The notes under the pieces were generated by a model that saw only the letters and a program-made list of their open reading frames with translations, did no database searches and was not told the origin of the DNA. Position numbers and translations under genes: made by a program. Below are positions 1 through 14,323 of a stretch of DNA of 64,000 nucleotides, piece after piece (positions within the stretch are counted from its first letter, which is position 1; each line of letters starts with the position of its first letter). The stretch is taken from positions 73,532,001 through 73,596,000 of the forward strand of contig CM060732.1 of assembly GCA_030704615.1 (NCBI GenBank), read 5' to 3'. The stretch comes from Takakia lepidozioides. Taxonomy: Eukaryota; Plantae; Bryophyta.

Positions 1-877
1 TTATCAAAAACATTTACTCCTGTTGGAACCTCATTCCTCTCTCTCCCACGATCCTGCTTCTAAACTATGACGCAACAACAAAAAGGAAAGCTATTCATTG
101 CCCTGTTTTCGAAACACTTAGAGGTAGCACACTTTGGCACCTCTGGAAAGCAAGATGCTCCAAAACTTTCTCTGGACAAACTTCTACAGTTTCAGCTCTT
201 CCCACATCTGTTTTCTATGACCTTGGGACAGAATCCAGGAAGGCTTGGGCCAAGCATTGTGCACAGATCCAACGGAAACCAGAGATCGCAGGGGCTTCCC
301 ATGATAAATTCCGCATCACCTGGGGTAATCGAGGGCTCATCTGTAGCAGCACAAATCCAAATACATGTGTTTGGCCAGACCTGCCCCCACCCAACTGGAG
401 AGGAATTTGCACAACACTCCACCGCGTCGCTTGAGTTCGATCGAGAGAAAAACTGGAAACATCTTAAGGGCTCTTCTAAAGCCTCCCGTCTTCAGTTTAG
501 GCAGGTGTAATAGCATTACCAATCCCTAGGCAGTACACTAACTCACGTTGGTGCCATTACTATCTGTATTCATGTGTTGACTTCCAGTTCATGTTTCTTC
601 CTCCGGGGTAGTAACATAGATCCTAGGGTTCTCGTTTTTGGTAACCATAGTTAACACTTGCCTCTCCGAGGGGTCATGTTCGGGGCCTCTTTGGCTCAAG
701 TTTACCTCAATGAGGGTACGGGTTCTAACTTCACTGATAACGGTGTGTGTGCCTTATGGCGAAAATAGGGGTTTTAATTTTTTTCCCGGAATAATTCCAA
801 ATAAATTGTAATGGCCTTTCGGCCAACCAAAAATATAATATAAAAAGAAATTTATAGAAAAAAATAAATTGGTTCTT

Positions 878-1078
878 TCAATATATGAAGCAAAGATTGT
901 TTGTTTGTTTGTTTGTTTTGTATTGTAGCGTTGAGATCTTTGAAACCGCGGACCCCAACCCTTGGAAAGCCCTCAATGAGGAGGGGTGCACCGACTTGGT
1001 CTCAATTCTTAACACATGGGCCTACACTTGGACTTAGATGACACTGGACACTTGGGCCAATGGCACATGCTACCCTAG
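878..1078 (+). mobile_element. Short non-autonomous Helitron-like element
   Basis: Starts TCAATATATGAAGCAA and contains (GTTT)n. Ends with a small GCCA-A-TGGC hairpin followed by CTAG|T (1075-1079). The 5' part is homologous in inverted orientation to ~50075-50373, where it begins at an A|TC site. Confidence 0.5.
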
Positions 1079-1487
1079 TCCATTATGATGCAGTATGGCT
1101 CTACACCGATTTTAAGGAAAATTGGCGTGATATGAAGCCAAATATAATACCAAGTTGCTATCAGGGATTGAGATTTTGACCCAGCATTTACAGCAGACTG
1201 ATATCAAAATTATTTTCTTTTAGAGATACTTAGAACTGGCTGGTTTAAAAAAAAATCAAAATAATAATACTTAACGCGGCTGGTCTGTGAAAAATGTACA
1301 TGCCCCTTACTCTCCCCTTCCTCTTATGTTACAACAGGGGCTTAGTGATTTTTGACACTCATGCCTAGTCTCCTCTTTAGAACATGCCGCAAACCGCAAG
1401 AGGCTGTGTCCATTGAAGCAACAATTTTGACAAGCTGCAACGTGGCCAACATATGGCCAAGTAGTTAGGGCACAAATCTGACTAAGA

Positions 1488-2173
1488 TGTGATTGTGGGT
1501 TTGAAGTTTTCAACTTGTGTTGCACAGTGTCACACTTCAGCTATAAAAGTGGAGCTATAAAATGGATCAACCCCACCCAATATGTACATACATGGGGGAG
1601 GTTGGGGCAACTAAGTCTTCCATACAACAGTCGGTTTTCATGGTACAACCAGGGAGCCACAACTGAAGAGGTCTTACTTGAAGAAGGTACCACCAAGGAA
1701 AAGCTACCTAGAGACAGAGGGAAGTTGGAACCAAAGAGGGTTATCCTGAGAAGCAACCAAGGAGGTGGTTTTGGGGATAGTAGAACAGAACAGGATCAAC
1801 AGGATTCTGTGGGGAAGGTGTTCTTCATACAGGCATTAGCTGCTGCGGGCTGGGAGTTGGGACTAGGGAGGCCATCTTGTAATCATAGTAGTCAATACTT
1901 CACCGTCAGCTGCACTAAGTACTGGCAGATAAATGAAAGTCAGTATTTAGTATAGATCAGAACAAGTATTTCAGCATGTGTGCCAATAAATTGACATAGT
2001 ATGTAACCTATTCTAGATGGTGGAATTGACTTGTATTATGGCAGGCGGCTGTGATGGCGTCCTTGATCCTCATCACTAACTTAAGTTAGATCTCCACATC
2101 AGCTTCAGTGCTTCAGAGTTGCAGAGCTGAGGTAGAGCCCAGCTTGTACAGATTCAACGTGGGCTCCACATCA
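1488..2173 (+). mobile_element. Possible solo LTR
   Basis: TG...CA termini with imperfect terminal inverted repeat (TGATTGTGGG / CTCCACATCA), TATA-like CTATAAAAG and AATAAA near 1985. No matching TSD found. Confidence 0.3.
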
Positions 2174-2692
2174 CCTGACACACACAGCAGCCATGCAGGG
2201 GCCCGACCAAGTGCGCCCGGATTCTGAGCTTTGCTGGCATACTGTGGAGCCTCCATCTTCATCTCTAGCATGCCATACGGATAGGCCCAATACTACGCTA
2301 GATTCTCTGTTTACATCGTCGCTGGGAGTCTTGAGCTTCACTCTTGCACCGACACTTCGTGAGTTTACATACTGTGGTTTGATTATGGCATGTAGTTGTG
2401 TGATTCAGGGCAGGAACATTTACGGATGCCAGAAACGATGCTTTCTGTTTAGATGATGCACGCATGTCTGTTGAAAAACTTCAGAAATTTCGAAGGATTC
2501 ACTAATATCGTCAAGCAATTCATCCTGTTTGAGCAGGAGCAAGGATAAATTTGTAGTGTTGCTGGAAGCCCACAGTCTGATGTGGCCTGGGGGTGCCGAC
2601 CTTCTCTCCAGCGAATATAAGGAGGTCTAGTAACTTTCAAAATGCGGAGAAAAGTGGATAATGAGCTGCAGACATCACCTCAGGAAGGCAAC

Positions 2693-5600
2693 ATGCTGCA
2701 GAAGGAGAAAGACATTTTACGGATTGAGCGTGAGTCTGTTGTATCGACCCCGAAGCAGAAATTGGTGCAAGGATTAGCTGATCTTCTAGGTGATTTCGTC
2801 GCCTCGATCACATTTTTAAGTTTCTTCAGGTTTTTGCTTGTTATTGTGCCATTAAGTGTTTGTGCCGAGCCGAGGAGGATCGTCTCTTGCAGACTTTCCT
2901 CCATCCACCTCCTGCACGACATGAGACTGAGGACGGTTACTAGTCAAGCACCATTTGAGTTCGGATACAGAGCCACAAGTTACGTAAGCAAGTGCCACAC
3001 TCTAGTGCCGCTTCATTGCAGGAGCACGTCTAAAGTTGTGGTGAAGATGGTACATTTGTAGACGCTTGTCACTTACTATGTTGCTTGCAGACACAATGTG
3101 ATGATTTTAACCCTGCTTGATTTATGATTGAGGGCAGATTCGGATGAGAACAGGGAAGAGTTTTCGACCTTATGCAAGCGTGTCGAATCCATGGTTCGAG
3201 CCTGGTATTATCTCGAGTTTGATGAGCTCAAGGTCAGCATTCCACCAGGCATTTGAATTTGCTCGTAGAGATTGTGGAATGTGAGCTACCCAAGTTTCAG
3301 CATTTGGAGCTTCTCTGCTTTCGGTCCTCATCCTGCTTTTGCCAAAATGTACATTTTTGCTTAGGTCAAGTCATGTGCTCAGGGCTGGTCAAGGAAGTGT
3401 AGCCACCTTGGGTATGTGTGCGCCTTGGTCAACCTGAACTTGGTGACTGATCTGCGTACAATGCGTCCACGGAGGTCCTGAAGGGAACACTGGTGTAATG
3501 GTCTTCCTGCAACATAGAGTGTTCTCTTGATAGTTAGCAGGTATCTAATTTGCTGGTCTTTTTGCAGACCCTCTATTCACTGTTTGATCCAGCGCATGGT
3601 TCAAAAAAACTGGAACAGCAGGAGCTCTCTCCAGCTAAAGTGGATGTGCTTGAGCAGTGCTTCTTGACAATTTTATTCCAGGTAAAGCAAACTATTACAG
3701 AACATCTTTTGGGCTAACAACCGACCAAACGTAAAGGTGATGGTGATAATGTCCTCCATTCATTCCACTTGAAACTTTTCCAACTGTTTGACCACTAGTT
3801 TGAAAGAACACTCTTGCTTCGTTGTGCTTCAGTGGCAGTTCTGTGCTGGTTCTGTGAGGGTACTTCCATCATGTGGTGGAAATGAGACTAGGTGTTTTTC
3901 TGTCTTACTCATAAATGGTAGGGTTAGATTTTGCATTCTCTTTGTTTTTTACTGTAAATAAATTGATGAGTGCATGTTCCGATCCATTACCCCAACAACC
4001 CTTGAATCCAGTAAAATCTGTTTAACCGGTCTGTTCGCGCCAGGTGATGGAAAAGAGCAATTTCAAGATTTTGAGTGATGATGAGGTGGAGGTAGCCACT
4101 TCTGGAGAATACCTTCTCAATCTACCAATTGCCGTTGACACATCCAAGGTCTGGCTTTTGCATTTTGTGTTTTCCTACTGGTGTTTTAACTTCTTTGGGT
4201 GGCCTTTCTGCCAATCATTTAATCACAGGGTTTATCGTGTCATTTTGAGATGCTGTTTTGAGGCTGTTCTGTGTCTGGTTTCCCTTCCCTTGTAAGTGTG
4301 CAGGCTGGTTGCAACCACTTGCGACATGAGAATTTTCATACTCAAATGTTGGAAGGATTTGTTTGAAGTTTTGTAAGTTTGATTTGGCAGTTGGACACCA
4401 GACTGTTCACCACCTTTTTCAATCAGAACCATTTCGATCAAGTTCCAAACTTTGCTCATCAGGTACCGTGCTTACTTCTCTTGGACACATGTTTCTCAGG
4501 ATTTGTCTCTTACCATGATTGAGATATTCCCAGGGGAGGGCAAGACCACATAGTGTCAAGGCTGATGCAGCATGGGATGGTTTCTTTGGTTTTAAAGTAT
4601 AAGTTTGATCCTTGCTAATACCCTTGGGTTTTTCCTTTTCAGTATATTATTTTCCGTCGAGGAATAGGAATTGACCATACAACAGACTACTTTATCAAGT
4701 CAAAATTGGATTTGATCATTTCTCACACGTGGACGTGGCTTTTGGAGAAATTGAGGTACATTATCCTGCTGAATCCCTCCCTGATGTCCAATTTGTTTTA
4801 TTTGACTCAGGAGTTGATGTCTTTGAAGACCTGTGGTAAGTTGGATTATGCACAATTTATGGTGATGTCATTCATCACAACTCTTTTTGGTAGATTTGAC
4901 CACTTAACAGCTCAGCGGGGTTTTTTGGCTTTTTGAGTTGGGATAGGCTGCAGAAGCCACATGGAGACAAGAAAGGACTCTCAAGGAGACTGAGCAGACA
5001 GCAAACTACAGTTCCAGGAGATGGTGGAAGAGACCAGGGCAGCCAGCCGGATCAGGATCTTTACGTTGAGCGCATCCGCATCCAGAATATGGACATCAAG
5101 TATGTGCTCCAATTCCTGTGATTGACCAGTATTTTTCCAACATTACATATTAGGAGCAGAACTGTGATCTGGCTTTCATAACGCGACATCTGCGCTTGAG
5201 TGTAGAGGTTGAAGGTCCCAGTTTTTGTTGTGCAGTGTTAAGAATCTTTTCAAGAAGAATACTGTTCAGGAACCTACTTTTGACCGCATCATCCTTGTGT
5301 ACAGGTACCATCTTGTCCTAATTCCCTCTCTTGGTGATGAAATGCTTGTTGATTCTACTTGCAACGTGACACAAAGTAGTTCTACGTCCAAGCTGCATAA
5401 GCTCACAAGGTGCCAAGGAGTAGATGTGATCTAAGACCCATTGTTGGTTTTGATGTTGGCTGAGCATTGGAGCTAGACTTTAAAAGTATTTACTGCCAGA
5501 CATTTTAGTTCAGATTTGGAGATGCCAGCTGTACATCTGATACCCATGGAATGAATGTGTCAGTGTACCACCACGGTGATATCTGGTCAGTACCTCCTTG

Positions 5601-7673
5601 TGGATTAGTATAGGTTGGGAACTCTGAGGTACATATTTCTTAAAATCTGAGCAGTCTGTACAAACTTTTCCACTTTTGCAGCATGTGGTCATGGATGTAT
5701 CTTGTGAGATAGGAAAAGTTCTTGCCTGCTGTACCCTTGAGTGACTTTGTGCAGAAAGAGGACCCTAAAAAATGATCCTACGTCACCGCTGGGAGACCGT
5801 TCAATCTACATAAAACACTTTCGAAATATACCCATGGCAGACATGGAGATTGTCCTTGTGAGGTTTCTTCTCCTCATTGATAGTACGTTACAGTTCGCTA
5901 ATAGAAGAATATGGTGCTGGTGGGTTCATAGTTGTTTTGTCTGGTTATGTATGTGGGATGCCATTCCATGGTATGAGACGTGTAGCAAGAGTGCCATAGG
6001 TAATGCCAAGTAGGCATAGCTGGTTTGGCCACCAACCTCCTGAAGTGTATGAAGGGCTGCTTCGCTTAGCAAGCTGTACCCTGGTTATGTCCAGATAAGG
6101 GTAATCCACCCTTATTATGTGTGTTTTGATGTTAATGACCCTCTCTTTCATGTTACAGCCGGAGAAGAAGAGTCCTGGGTTGACGCCAATGGACTGGCTC
6201 AAGCTCTGTATTACGGCAATTGTGGGCCTGGTAAGTTTGTGATGCTCCTTGTCTGCAGATTCTCTTGAGCATAGGTGAAGGGCTTCTATATTTTGGTGCA
6301 CAGATAGTGCAATATTATTGCAGTTTCTCTATCCTATGGTCTGGGCCATTTATTTTGCAGGTTGCATTCATTGGATCATTAGAACTCGGGAAGGTTGATA
6401 TATGGGTGACAATGGCAATACTTTTTGGCATCATTGGCTATGCTGGCAAAATATATTTCAGGTACTTGCTTGGTCTTTGCAAGTGCTCTTTGGCAAATAA
6501 AGATGACCCACATGGCTGTTGAAACTGTGAGTGCCTTAGGTAGGGTATTGGCATCCAGTATTTGTCCCATGGCATTCTCCTGCTTTCGGATGTCATTTGT
6601 TCTGTCTCCATTCAAGCAATAGTCACTACTGTGTTGACCATGACAATGCGGTACCAAGCTTTGCAAGTTGAGGAACTTTCAAGGCCTCAGACCTTGTAAC
6701 TATGATGCAGCTTTCAGGCAGACCTCATGGAGTACCAATCTTTAATTACCCAGTCCATGTATGACAAGCAGCTTGATAGCGGAAGGGGTACCCTTCTCCA
6801 CCTTTGTGACGATGTCATTCAACAAGAGGTTTGGTCCTTAGTCTCCCTATTGCTACGGAGGTGTTTAGCATGCATATGTTGCAAGTCAATGTGGTGTGTT
6901 GAACCCAATACTTCTCTAGGCCTGGTGAACAGTTCAGAGTCTAGTTGAAGGCTACCTCAGCTCGCACGACATGAAAGTTTTTGCATGAATCTCCGTCTCC
7001 ATGTTGCCCTGGACAAAGTGACGTACTGTATTGATTTTGCAGGTAAAGGAAGTGCTCCTTGCATATTTTGTGTTGATGGCTCAAGGCAAAGCAACCAAGG
7101 AGGTGGGTTTGTGCTGAACTGCACCCAACACTGCCCCAACATGAATCACATCAATGTTCATAGTATGACATGGTCCAGATCCTAATGCACAATTGTGACT
7201 CAACCAGGATCTTGATAGACGATGTGAGCAACTGTTGGCAACTCAATTCAATGAGAGGTGTGACTTCGAGGTGGAGGATGCAATTGCCAAGCTGGTGAAA
7301 CTGGGAATTGTGTACCAAGTAAGCAAGCCTTCTCTTTCTGTTGTGTACACATATGGCTACAACCTTTCTCTCTGCGGTTTACCCCACTGGCTGTAGCTTA
7401 TTACAACTAATAGTTTGAATGTGGTCACTAGGGGTATATGAGCAGTCTTGTGGCTTTAAGACACTCCACACTGCCGTAACCTCACACAAGAGTTTATGAC
7501 TTCATGCTAGGTCTTTTGTTTTACTCCTGAGTGGAAATTCATTGGACCCTCTTATTACTAAGCACTTGCAGGATTCACTTGGAGTGTACTGTCACCAGCC
7601 CCTGAAGCAGGCCAATAAGAATATAGGGGTGACTACCGACGAGCTCGTTGAAAAATCAAGGAGCACGGAATGA
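2693..7673 (+). CDS. DUF3754-family protein (plant 'aminopeptidase-like'), ~15 exons
   Basis: GT-AG spliced exons give [12 protein letters not shown]..., [168 protein letters not shown] at 7671-7673. An in-frame upstream ATG at 2642 is an alternative start. Confidence 0.88.
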
Positions 7674-8586
7674 CGTCTGCATTATATGCGGTGTGTGGAG
7701 GGAGAGGGACGTCTGTTTGTTCTTTTCACTCTTTTTGCAGCTTTAGCAGTAGCCGAGCAGCCACACATCCAACACTATTGCATAGTAGAGACGTGACGGC
7801 CTGTAGGCCAGGAAGGTATTGCAAGAGTTCAAGGAATTTATCTTCTCTATCAAATAGGAAATAGTTGTAGAAAATGTGCAAAAATGGGCATGATTGTCAG
7901 TTTGATGAGTGGAAGTTTGGATTCCTGAAAGGTTCAGGCTTCTTGAGCACTCCATATCTTTTGTGTAGTTGTATGTATTAATCCTTTGGGCCCCTACGGT
8001 TTTCATACACAGGTTGTGCACTTTGATTTATAACTACCCAATGAGTAGGGTTCTAATCTCCACTTTGAATTGGCCTTCAAGTCCATATTTTCGTTAGTAC
8101 TGATGTAGCATCCATGTTAATGACAACCTATTCTGACTAGGCTGTGTGTTCTATCTTTACAATGCCATTTTGTTACAGTGGGATGATGCATTGACAACAG
8201 GCCAGATACTTTGGAAACCCCAAGTTGTACGTTGTTTCTGCTTGTTGGGCTGTTACATGCACACTTCGTGGTGCAAAGCACCATAAAATGTCAGCTCTTA
8301 ACAATGAAAGCATATACCAATGCTGAGAAACTAATCATGATTCTTTGCTGATAAAAAAGCTAAAGAACATGGACAGACTTGTGCATGTTGCTTTTATTTC
8401 TATGTTGACACCTTGGAAGACCTCTATTTACACTTCCTAAAAGTTATATGTACAGGCTAGAAATACTCTGTATGCTGGTGGCCAAATCTCTATGTGTAAC
8501 ACCATCGTCACTGATCAGGCAGAAAGCTGCCAACCTAAAGACTGCCAAGTAATCCAAGTGATTGAGCATTGCATCTTCTGTAGCTT

Positions 8587-10987
8587 CTACTCGTGGAGTC
8601 TGTGGAGGACGTAAAGAGAAAATGATGACAGAAAGATAGAGACGGAATAACATAGCAAATCAGTGGAGGTTGAGATGATCACAGTCTTGCTTTTCTCGAA
8701 CATCTTCACAAGCAGAATCATCACTATCACATGCCCCAGCTTTGTCTTCAACACGTCTAATGATCCAATGCGCATCCATCGTGGTCGTTTCTGTAAAACA
8801 AATGAGGTATCATCTCCCCCATCCTCTCCCACCACCCCTTTCTTTTGATATGTTCTTCTTTAGTCTGAGGACAGCTCACTGCTGCAGACATAGCTTATGG
8901 TGCGAGTCTTCAATGCAGGAGCATAAGCATAGGACTACTGAGATTGGGATCTGCTACTTAGCCTGTAAAGAAGTACTGCATTCTGCCCAGTAGCCCATCC
9001 ACAGTTGAAAAGCCTCTATTGAGAGATTCTTTCAGAAGTTTCAAGATAAAGGATGTACATTTGGCCATCTCTTGAAGTTATGCAGATCAGGTTTCAAGGA
9101 TGCTGTGCAGGAAATGCACTGGAATGAATAGTTAGAAGCCATCTCAAACAAATGTATGAGCTAAAGGATGAGAAGCAGTTTCAATGACTGATTCCAATGC
9201 CGGGAACAAACCTCGGTCTATGATTGTTGAGGACAGGAAGGGTCAGCAACCCATCTATAAATCAAACTAGATACATCCAATTTGGATAGAGTTCTTTCCA
9301 ATATTCCTGATCAGGTCAGGCCCCTCCAGCACCCACCAGATCGTCTCAAATAAGCCGGCTGCTCTGTGGCAGGAGGGGGCTTCCTTGGCAGAGTTTAGCC
9401 TTCTTGTTATGTTCAATTCCTCCACATAATCAAGACAATAGGGGTCTGCAAGAAGAAAGCCTGCAGTTACCTTGAGAAGGAACATCCCAAATAGGGATGA
9501 GTTCTGAAGGGCCCGGTCTGATGTAGTAGGAATATCAACTGGTACATTGCTTATGAAAAGACCATACAGCCCCATTCCAAAAATCAACATTACTGTGCCA
9601 ACCAAGTAAACATCTGCCCCACACCAACAACCCCAGCACACAAAGTATCAGCCAAGTCAACCTACAATCCTCTATTCAATTGAACTTGAAGTTCACAATT
9701 GTTCAAGAAGCATTCTCTTATGTGATTTATCCAAAACCATGAGATCCAATGAGCTAGTTGGTAACGTTCAACACTGCTGGCTGTTTAGATTCTTTGTCAA
9801 AACTAGCTACACTTCCCCCTTAACCCAGTTATAAGACTATCACTTGACCTGGAACCCTACAGCTGATGACAACAAATAGCTAAATGACAAAGACAGACTG
9901 CTTCAGACAATCCAAGTTTCCCATCACCTAAGAAGCCCACTATCTCGAAATTGTGCCCCTATGCAAAAAATATTTCAGCACCAGGGCACTCACCAACAGC
10001 TTCCACCAGCCGCAGGACCACCTTGCCGGTGTGTTGTCCTTGCAGACATGACGTAAAATATGCCACAAACGACTCGCCCACAAACACGCATCCCTGTTTG
10101 CACATCGTCGAGCAATGTAGAAGAGTTAGAGCTTCAAGAACAACAGCACGAGAAGATGTCTATGATTCAAATAACAGGAATCACATGAGGGAGGTGGAAT
10201 GTACGTTGTTTAGATAGATGCCGCGCCCAGTTTGCGCGGAACAAGAAGGAACAGACTCTACCTCTGTGAGGGGCTCACTCCAGTAGTAGAGGAGAGAGTT
10301 AGAGAGTGAGAGAGAGGACCTACCTTCATGAAGCAGAGAAGTGATCCTGACAAAGAGCCCACAACTGCCAGCAGAGTCAAGAACCGAAAGTCAAATATGG
10401 CCTGCAGGAAAACATTTGTCTCGAACAGGGTAAGTTGCGTGAAGGACTGCAAGAAACATTTTAGAACTTCTTCACGATCAACCATGGTTGCCCCAAACCC
10501 ATACAGCACTACAAAGAACGATTTCAAGCCAAATTCTTACACGCTCAATTGTGGCCTCCGCCTCCATAATCCAAGCGCCATTAGCAGCTACTTCATCCGT
10601 ACTTTCAAGAGCAGTAATAGCTGGTGTGTCCTGGAAACTGTGGGTTTGACTTGCCACACCTCCATCATTCTCCAATGAGCCTAGAATCACTGGAGATCCG
10701 ATGTCTAACAACTCTGCCTTCCTTGCCGAACTGTTATTGTCCTGTAATCCGCAGCATATCACAGAGGAATGCGACCGAAATTTGAGCTGTTGCAACTTGA
10801 AAAACCGTACATGTGAATCCAGATCATGACTTCTTTCTCTCTTCACGGGCAATTCACTTCCAATTGACCTGCTAACCAGCCCAGATCTTACACACAACTT
10901 TGTCCTATCAGCGAATGCTCCATCGAGCTGAGAAACAACCACAGCCCCTCCATGGAACAATTTCCACGCGGAGCTGTGAAACATCAT
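8587..10987 (-). CDS. UPF0114 (YqhA-like) membrane protein with N-terminal transit-peptide-like region, 5 exons
   Basis: Exons encode EATIER / AIFDFRFLTLLAVVGSLSGSLLCFMK / GCVFVGESF...VLRLVEAV / DVYLVGTVMLIFGMGLYGLFISN...SSLFGMFLLK / RPRWMRIGSLDVLKTKLGHVIVMILLVKMFEKSK...LYVLHRLHE*. Confidence 0.88.
10195..10290 (-). mobile_element. Short 3'-terminal fragment of the LINE family, in a UPF0114 intron
   Basis: Reverse complement CTGGAGTGAGCCCCTCACAGAGGTAG...TTGTTCCGCGCAAACTGGGCGCGG...AAACAACGT matches the LINE 3' ends at 54815-54910 and 56500-56590. Adjacent to a GAGA-rich tract. Confidence 0.7.
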
Positions 10988-11842
10988 GAGGACACTTCTG
11001 CGATCATACTAATTGCAAATCTCGTGATGAGATGGGCAGCAGCGCATCAGCGAGACAGCCGAGACAGCCACACAGTCAGGCAGGATAGCGTTGGCTGCGC
11101 CACGAGCCAAATCTCATCCACGAATCTATCCACCAAGTACTTTTTACCCCGCGTTATATTATTTTGGCGGTATCTTGAGTTGAGCTCCAGACGTCCCCGC
11201 GAAACAAACAGCAAAACAGATCAGCACGCGAGATTTTGTGAGATTCTAACGAGAAGGAGCATCGGTCGAGGAATCCAGACAATGCAACCAGCGATCCCTG
11301 GAAACAATCGTCTCGGTCTCGCAATAATCTGGGCCAAGTCGTGGGATAATCAGTCAAAAAAAAATAAAGAGGAATCATGATCTCATGCGAGAGAGATGAC
11401 GGCCGAGATGGGCGATGGTGGGTGCAGGGGAGGAGGATGGACGGTGAGCAGAGTGTGTGAAAGAAGGGTTGATGGTGCGGGGTGCTTGCAGGATGGTAGC
11501 AATGGATGTGAGGATGATGGTGTAGAGGAGGGTGCGAGAGATGGCGTAGCGTGCATGGCATGGCCGTCTGTACTTTCCATCACGTGGCGCTGCGCCTCAA
11601 CGAACTGTAATGGGAGTAGCAGAGAGTCTCGGCATGGTGACCGTATGAAGAAGGAGGAGTGTTAGCCGTGGCGAGTAATGCAATGGTGGTGTGGGCAGTT
11701 AGATTCTTGAGGCTTTCCTACTTTTCTTTTGAATAGAGTTGGTGGGTTGCTTCTACGGAGGTTTGTGAAACGTTGTAGTGTTCTAGCTCACGCCGGGAGT
11801 TGAGATCGAAGGGGCTGTAATTGAGGGGGAAGTACGTAGGCA

Positions 11843-12766
11843 ATGGAAGAGACGGAGCAGGTGTCGAGGGAACAGAAGTCAGAGGACTGGAAGGAAGTGG
11901 TGAGAAGGGGAGGTTTTCCGGAGGTGGATCTTGTGGATGGTAAGCATGGATGGGCTTCTCCTCCAGGTTCCTCTTTCCTTGTTAGGGGTGTGAATTATTT
12001 TCACAAGAGATTGAAATCGCCTGCCGGTGACTGGCTTCTGCAACCGCTGGGGGTGGACTGGCTGAAGGCCAATGCAAGATTGGATCATGTGCTTGCTCAT
12101 CCGGAGAATAGGGTGATGGAGGCATTGAAAAGGGCTCATGCAGATGGGGAGGCTCTGAAGAGTTTCATACTTGCCATCAACTTGCAAGTTCCTGGAAAAG
12201 AGCATCACAGTGCAGTGTTCTACTTTGTCGCCGACGCTCCTATCCCTGAAGAGTCTCTCTTATTCAGATTCATGAACGAGGACGATGCCTTTAGGAATAG
12301 CCGGTTCAAGATCGTAAACAGGGTTGTACGAGGGCCTTGGATCGTAAGAGCTGCAGTGGGAAACCATGCTGCATGCTTGCTGGGCAGGGCCCTCACTTGT
12401 CGGTACATGAAAGGTCCTAATTACTTGGAGATTGATGTTGATATTGGGTCTTCGACGGTAGCAAATGCTATCCTACATTTGGCGTTGGGTTACGCCACTT
12501 TAGTGACAGTTGACATGGCGTTTTTGGTCGAGAGTCAGTCTGATGACGAACTTCCAGAAAACATTATGGGGGCTGTTCGGATTGCCCAGATACAGATGGA
12601 GGCAGCCAGATTTTTGGAGGTACAAAACGAGGATGTTCATGTTGCCAATCATATTCCTGGCAGTTTACAATCCTGCTTGTCTTGGAGAAAGTTTGGGAGA
12701 AGCCTGTCCATGCTCGGCCATGTCGGCAAGGCAGGGAAAATTGAAGCTGAAGATAAGAAAATCTGA
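11843..12766 (+). CDS. EDR2-like protein (DUF1336 / EDR2 C-terminal domain), intronless
   Basis: 307-aa ORF with GWASPPGSSFLVRGVNYF, LLQPLGVDWL, FILAINLQVPG, DDAFRNSRFKIVNRVVRGPWIVRAAVG, YLEIDVDIGSS, VDMAFLVESQSDDELPE. Confidence 0.93.
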   Translation: MEETEQVSREQKSEDWKEVVRRGGFPEVDLVDGKHGWASPPGSSFLVRGVNYFHKRLKSPAGDWLLQPLGVDWLKANARLDHVLAHPENRVMEALKRAHADGEALKSFILAINLQVPGKEHHSAVFYFVADAPIPEESLLFRFMNEDDAFRNSRFKIVNRVVRGPWIVRAAVGNHAACLLGRALTCRYMKGPNYLEIDVDIGSSTVANAILHLALGYATLVTVDMAFLVESQSDDELPENIMGAVRIAQIQMEAARFLEVQNEDVHVANHIPGSLQSCLSWRKFGRSLSMLGHVGKAGKIEAEDKKI

Positions 12767-14018
12767 GGATGGGGAAAGGGAATTGGAGGAGCTGTGCTCA
12801 TGTCTGGCTTTCTTTGAAGAGGCTATCCATGTCAGCTGAGACAGAAGCAGGGTTACTGTCTAACTAGTCCAGGAACGATTGTTTATAGTAACTTGGCATA
12901 CTCTTTAGAATGTCAAGAAACTTTGTCGCAAGTGTGGACATTTATAGAATGTCAATTGGCCCTGACAAACAGAGTACAAATGTTAGATTTGGAAGGCATG
13001 GTTCATCTGGTCAATGCAGCAGAGGACTGGAGTAAATGTTCGCGAGTTGTTTAGCTTCAATGAGTATTATTCCTCAATATCTGTTCAGCAGCTATTGGAG
13101 GTTCTGCTGGAGGCCAGCTAATATGAGAACTTCCATTGGACTCACAGGTGCTTATTTCACAACGATTCAGTTTCCTTGTAACAAAAGTAAAGGTGGAGCA
13201 GGCTTCACAGGGCTTGTCATACAGCTTTTCAAGTCAGGCTCTGTTTGATGGAGAGTACGTTGCATTGTTGCTCTAGCTTTTAGCCCGTGTTTTTCAGCAA
13301 TTAGTATTGCTGTCTGTATGGAGATTGGGGTCTAAGCTCTGTTCTTAACCACGTCTTGAAATGTGTTGTGAAAGGTCTGTTTCTCTCTCTCTCTCCCTAG
13401 CAGCATTGCTATTGTGGGGAGAATTTAGCATGCCCACCTTGATTTCTAGAAGAAGGAATTGCCAGTTTGATCAATTCACTGAGACAAGGTACTTCAGAAT
13501 GCTGACTGTGTCATGGACCAACCTGTCAAACAGGCGAAGTCATGGCAGAAGTGGGTAGATCAAATCTCAAGTTGTTGAATCCCTTATGGCAGAACTCCCA
13601 GAAGGACATTAAACACAACTGTAGTAGGCCACAGAGCAAGTGCTGCTAAAATTCAAGTCTAAGCTCTCCATCTTCCACAGTCAAATTGGAATCCATCGAG
13701 GGCACTGGGCTGAAGTTCAGGGTAAAGGGGAACAGTGTGGTAATGAAAGGAAACAATTTATTACATACCTACTGTGGGAACGCACCTCTTTTTCTAAAAT
13801 GGGGTCACTTTCTTCAGAGTGACAATCTATCTGTAAGTAAGATAATATTTTTTCTTGCTTTTTCATGTGAGGTTATCAAACTCAGATCCACCCAGCCCAA
13901 TTTTGAGCCTACATGTTGGCCAGAGGCAACACATGTTCCCCATTACTTTTTTTTTTAAAGAGCATTATTTAACCCTTCAGTGCCCAACCCCAATCCAACA
14001 TTTTTTTTCCCCTGCCTA

Positions 14019-14323
14019 AGTGACACAGTAGTGACATTTACTTCAAGCAAACAGTCTCTTAACCCACGAGTTTAGTTGGTCTAATCCATCTTGTCCAGTA
14101 TCTCATGACTAATGCAAAGTTTTGACAATACAGTGGTTTCAAGCTCATATGATTGTGATCAAATGAGTGAGCTCAGTCCTGATTGAAACAGAATTGCTGC
14201 CTTTAAGGCTAACTAATCCATGCAGACGTAACCAGAGTATTTACTTTTGCAAAGAGGTATTGCAGGAAGGCAACGATTCTTTCAAAGAGAGCAGAACAAA
14301 TGCATAAAGAATGTTGGCTCCAA
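14019..14323 (+). repeat. Left arm of ~300-bp inverted repeat (partner 15964-16248)
   Basis: AGTGACACAGTAGTGACATTTACTTCAAGCAAACAGTCTC...ATGCATAAAGAATGTTGGCTCCAA aligns to the reverse complement of 15964-16248 with scattered substitutions and two indels. Confidence 0.9.

Noticed and set aside
67-522. ORFs 67..510 and overlapping minus-strand ORFs
   Set aside because: No recognisable motif or splice structure.
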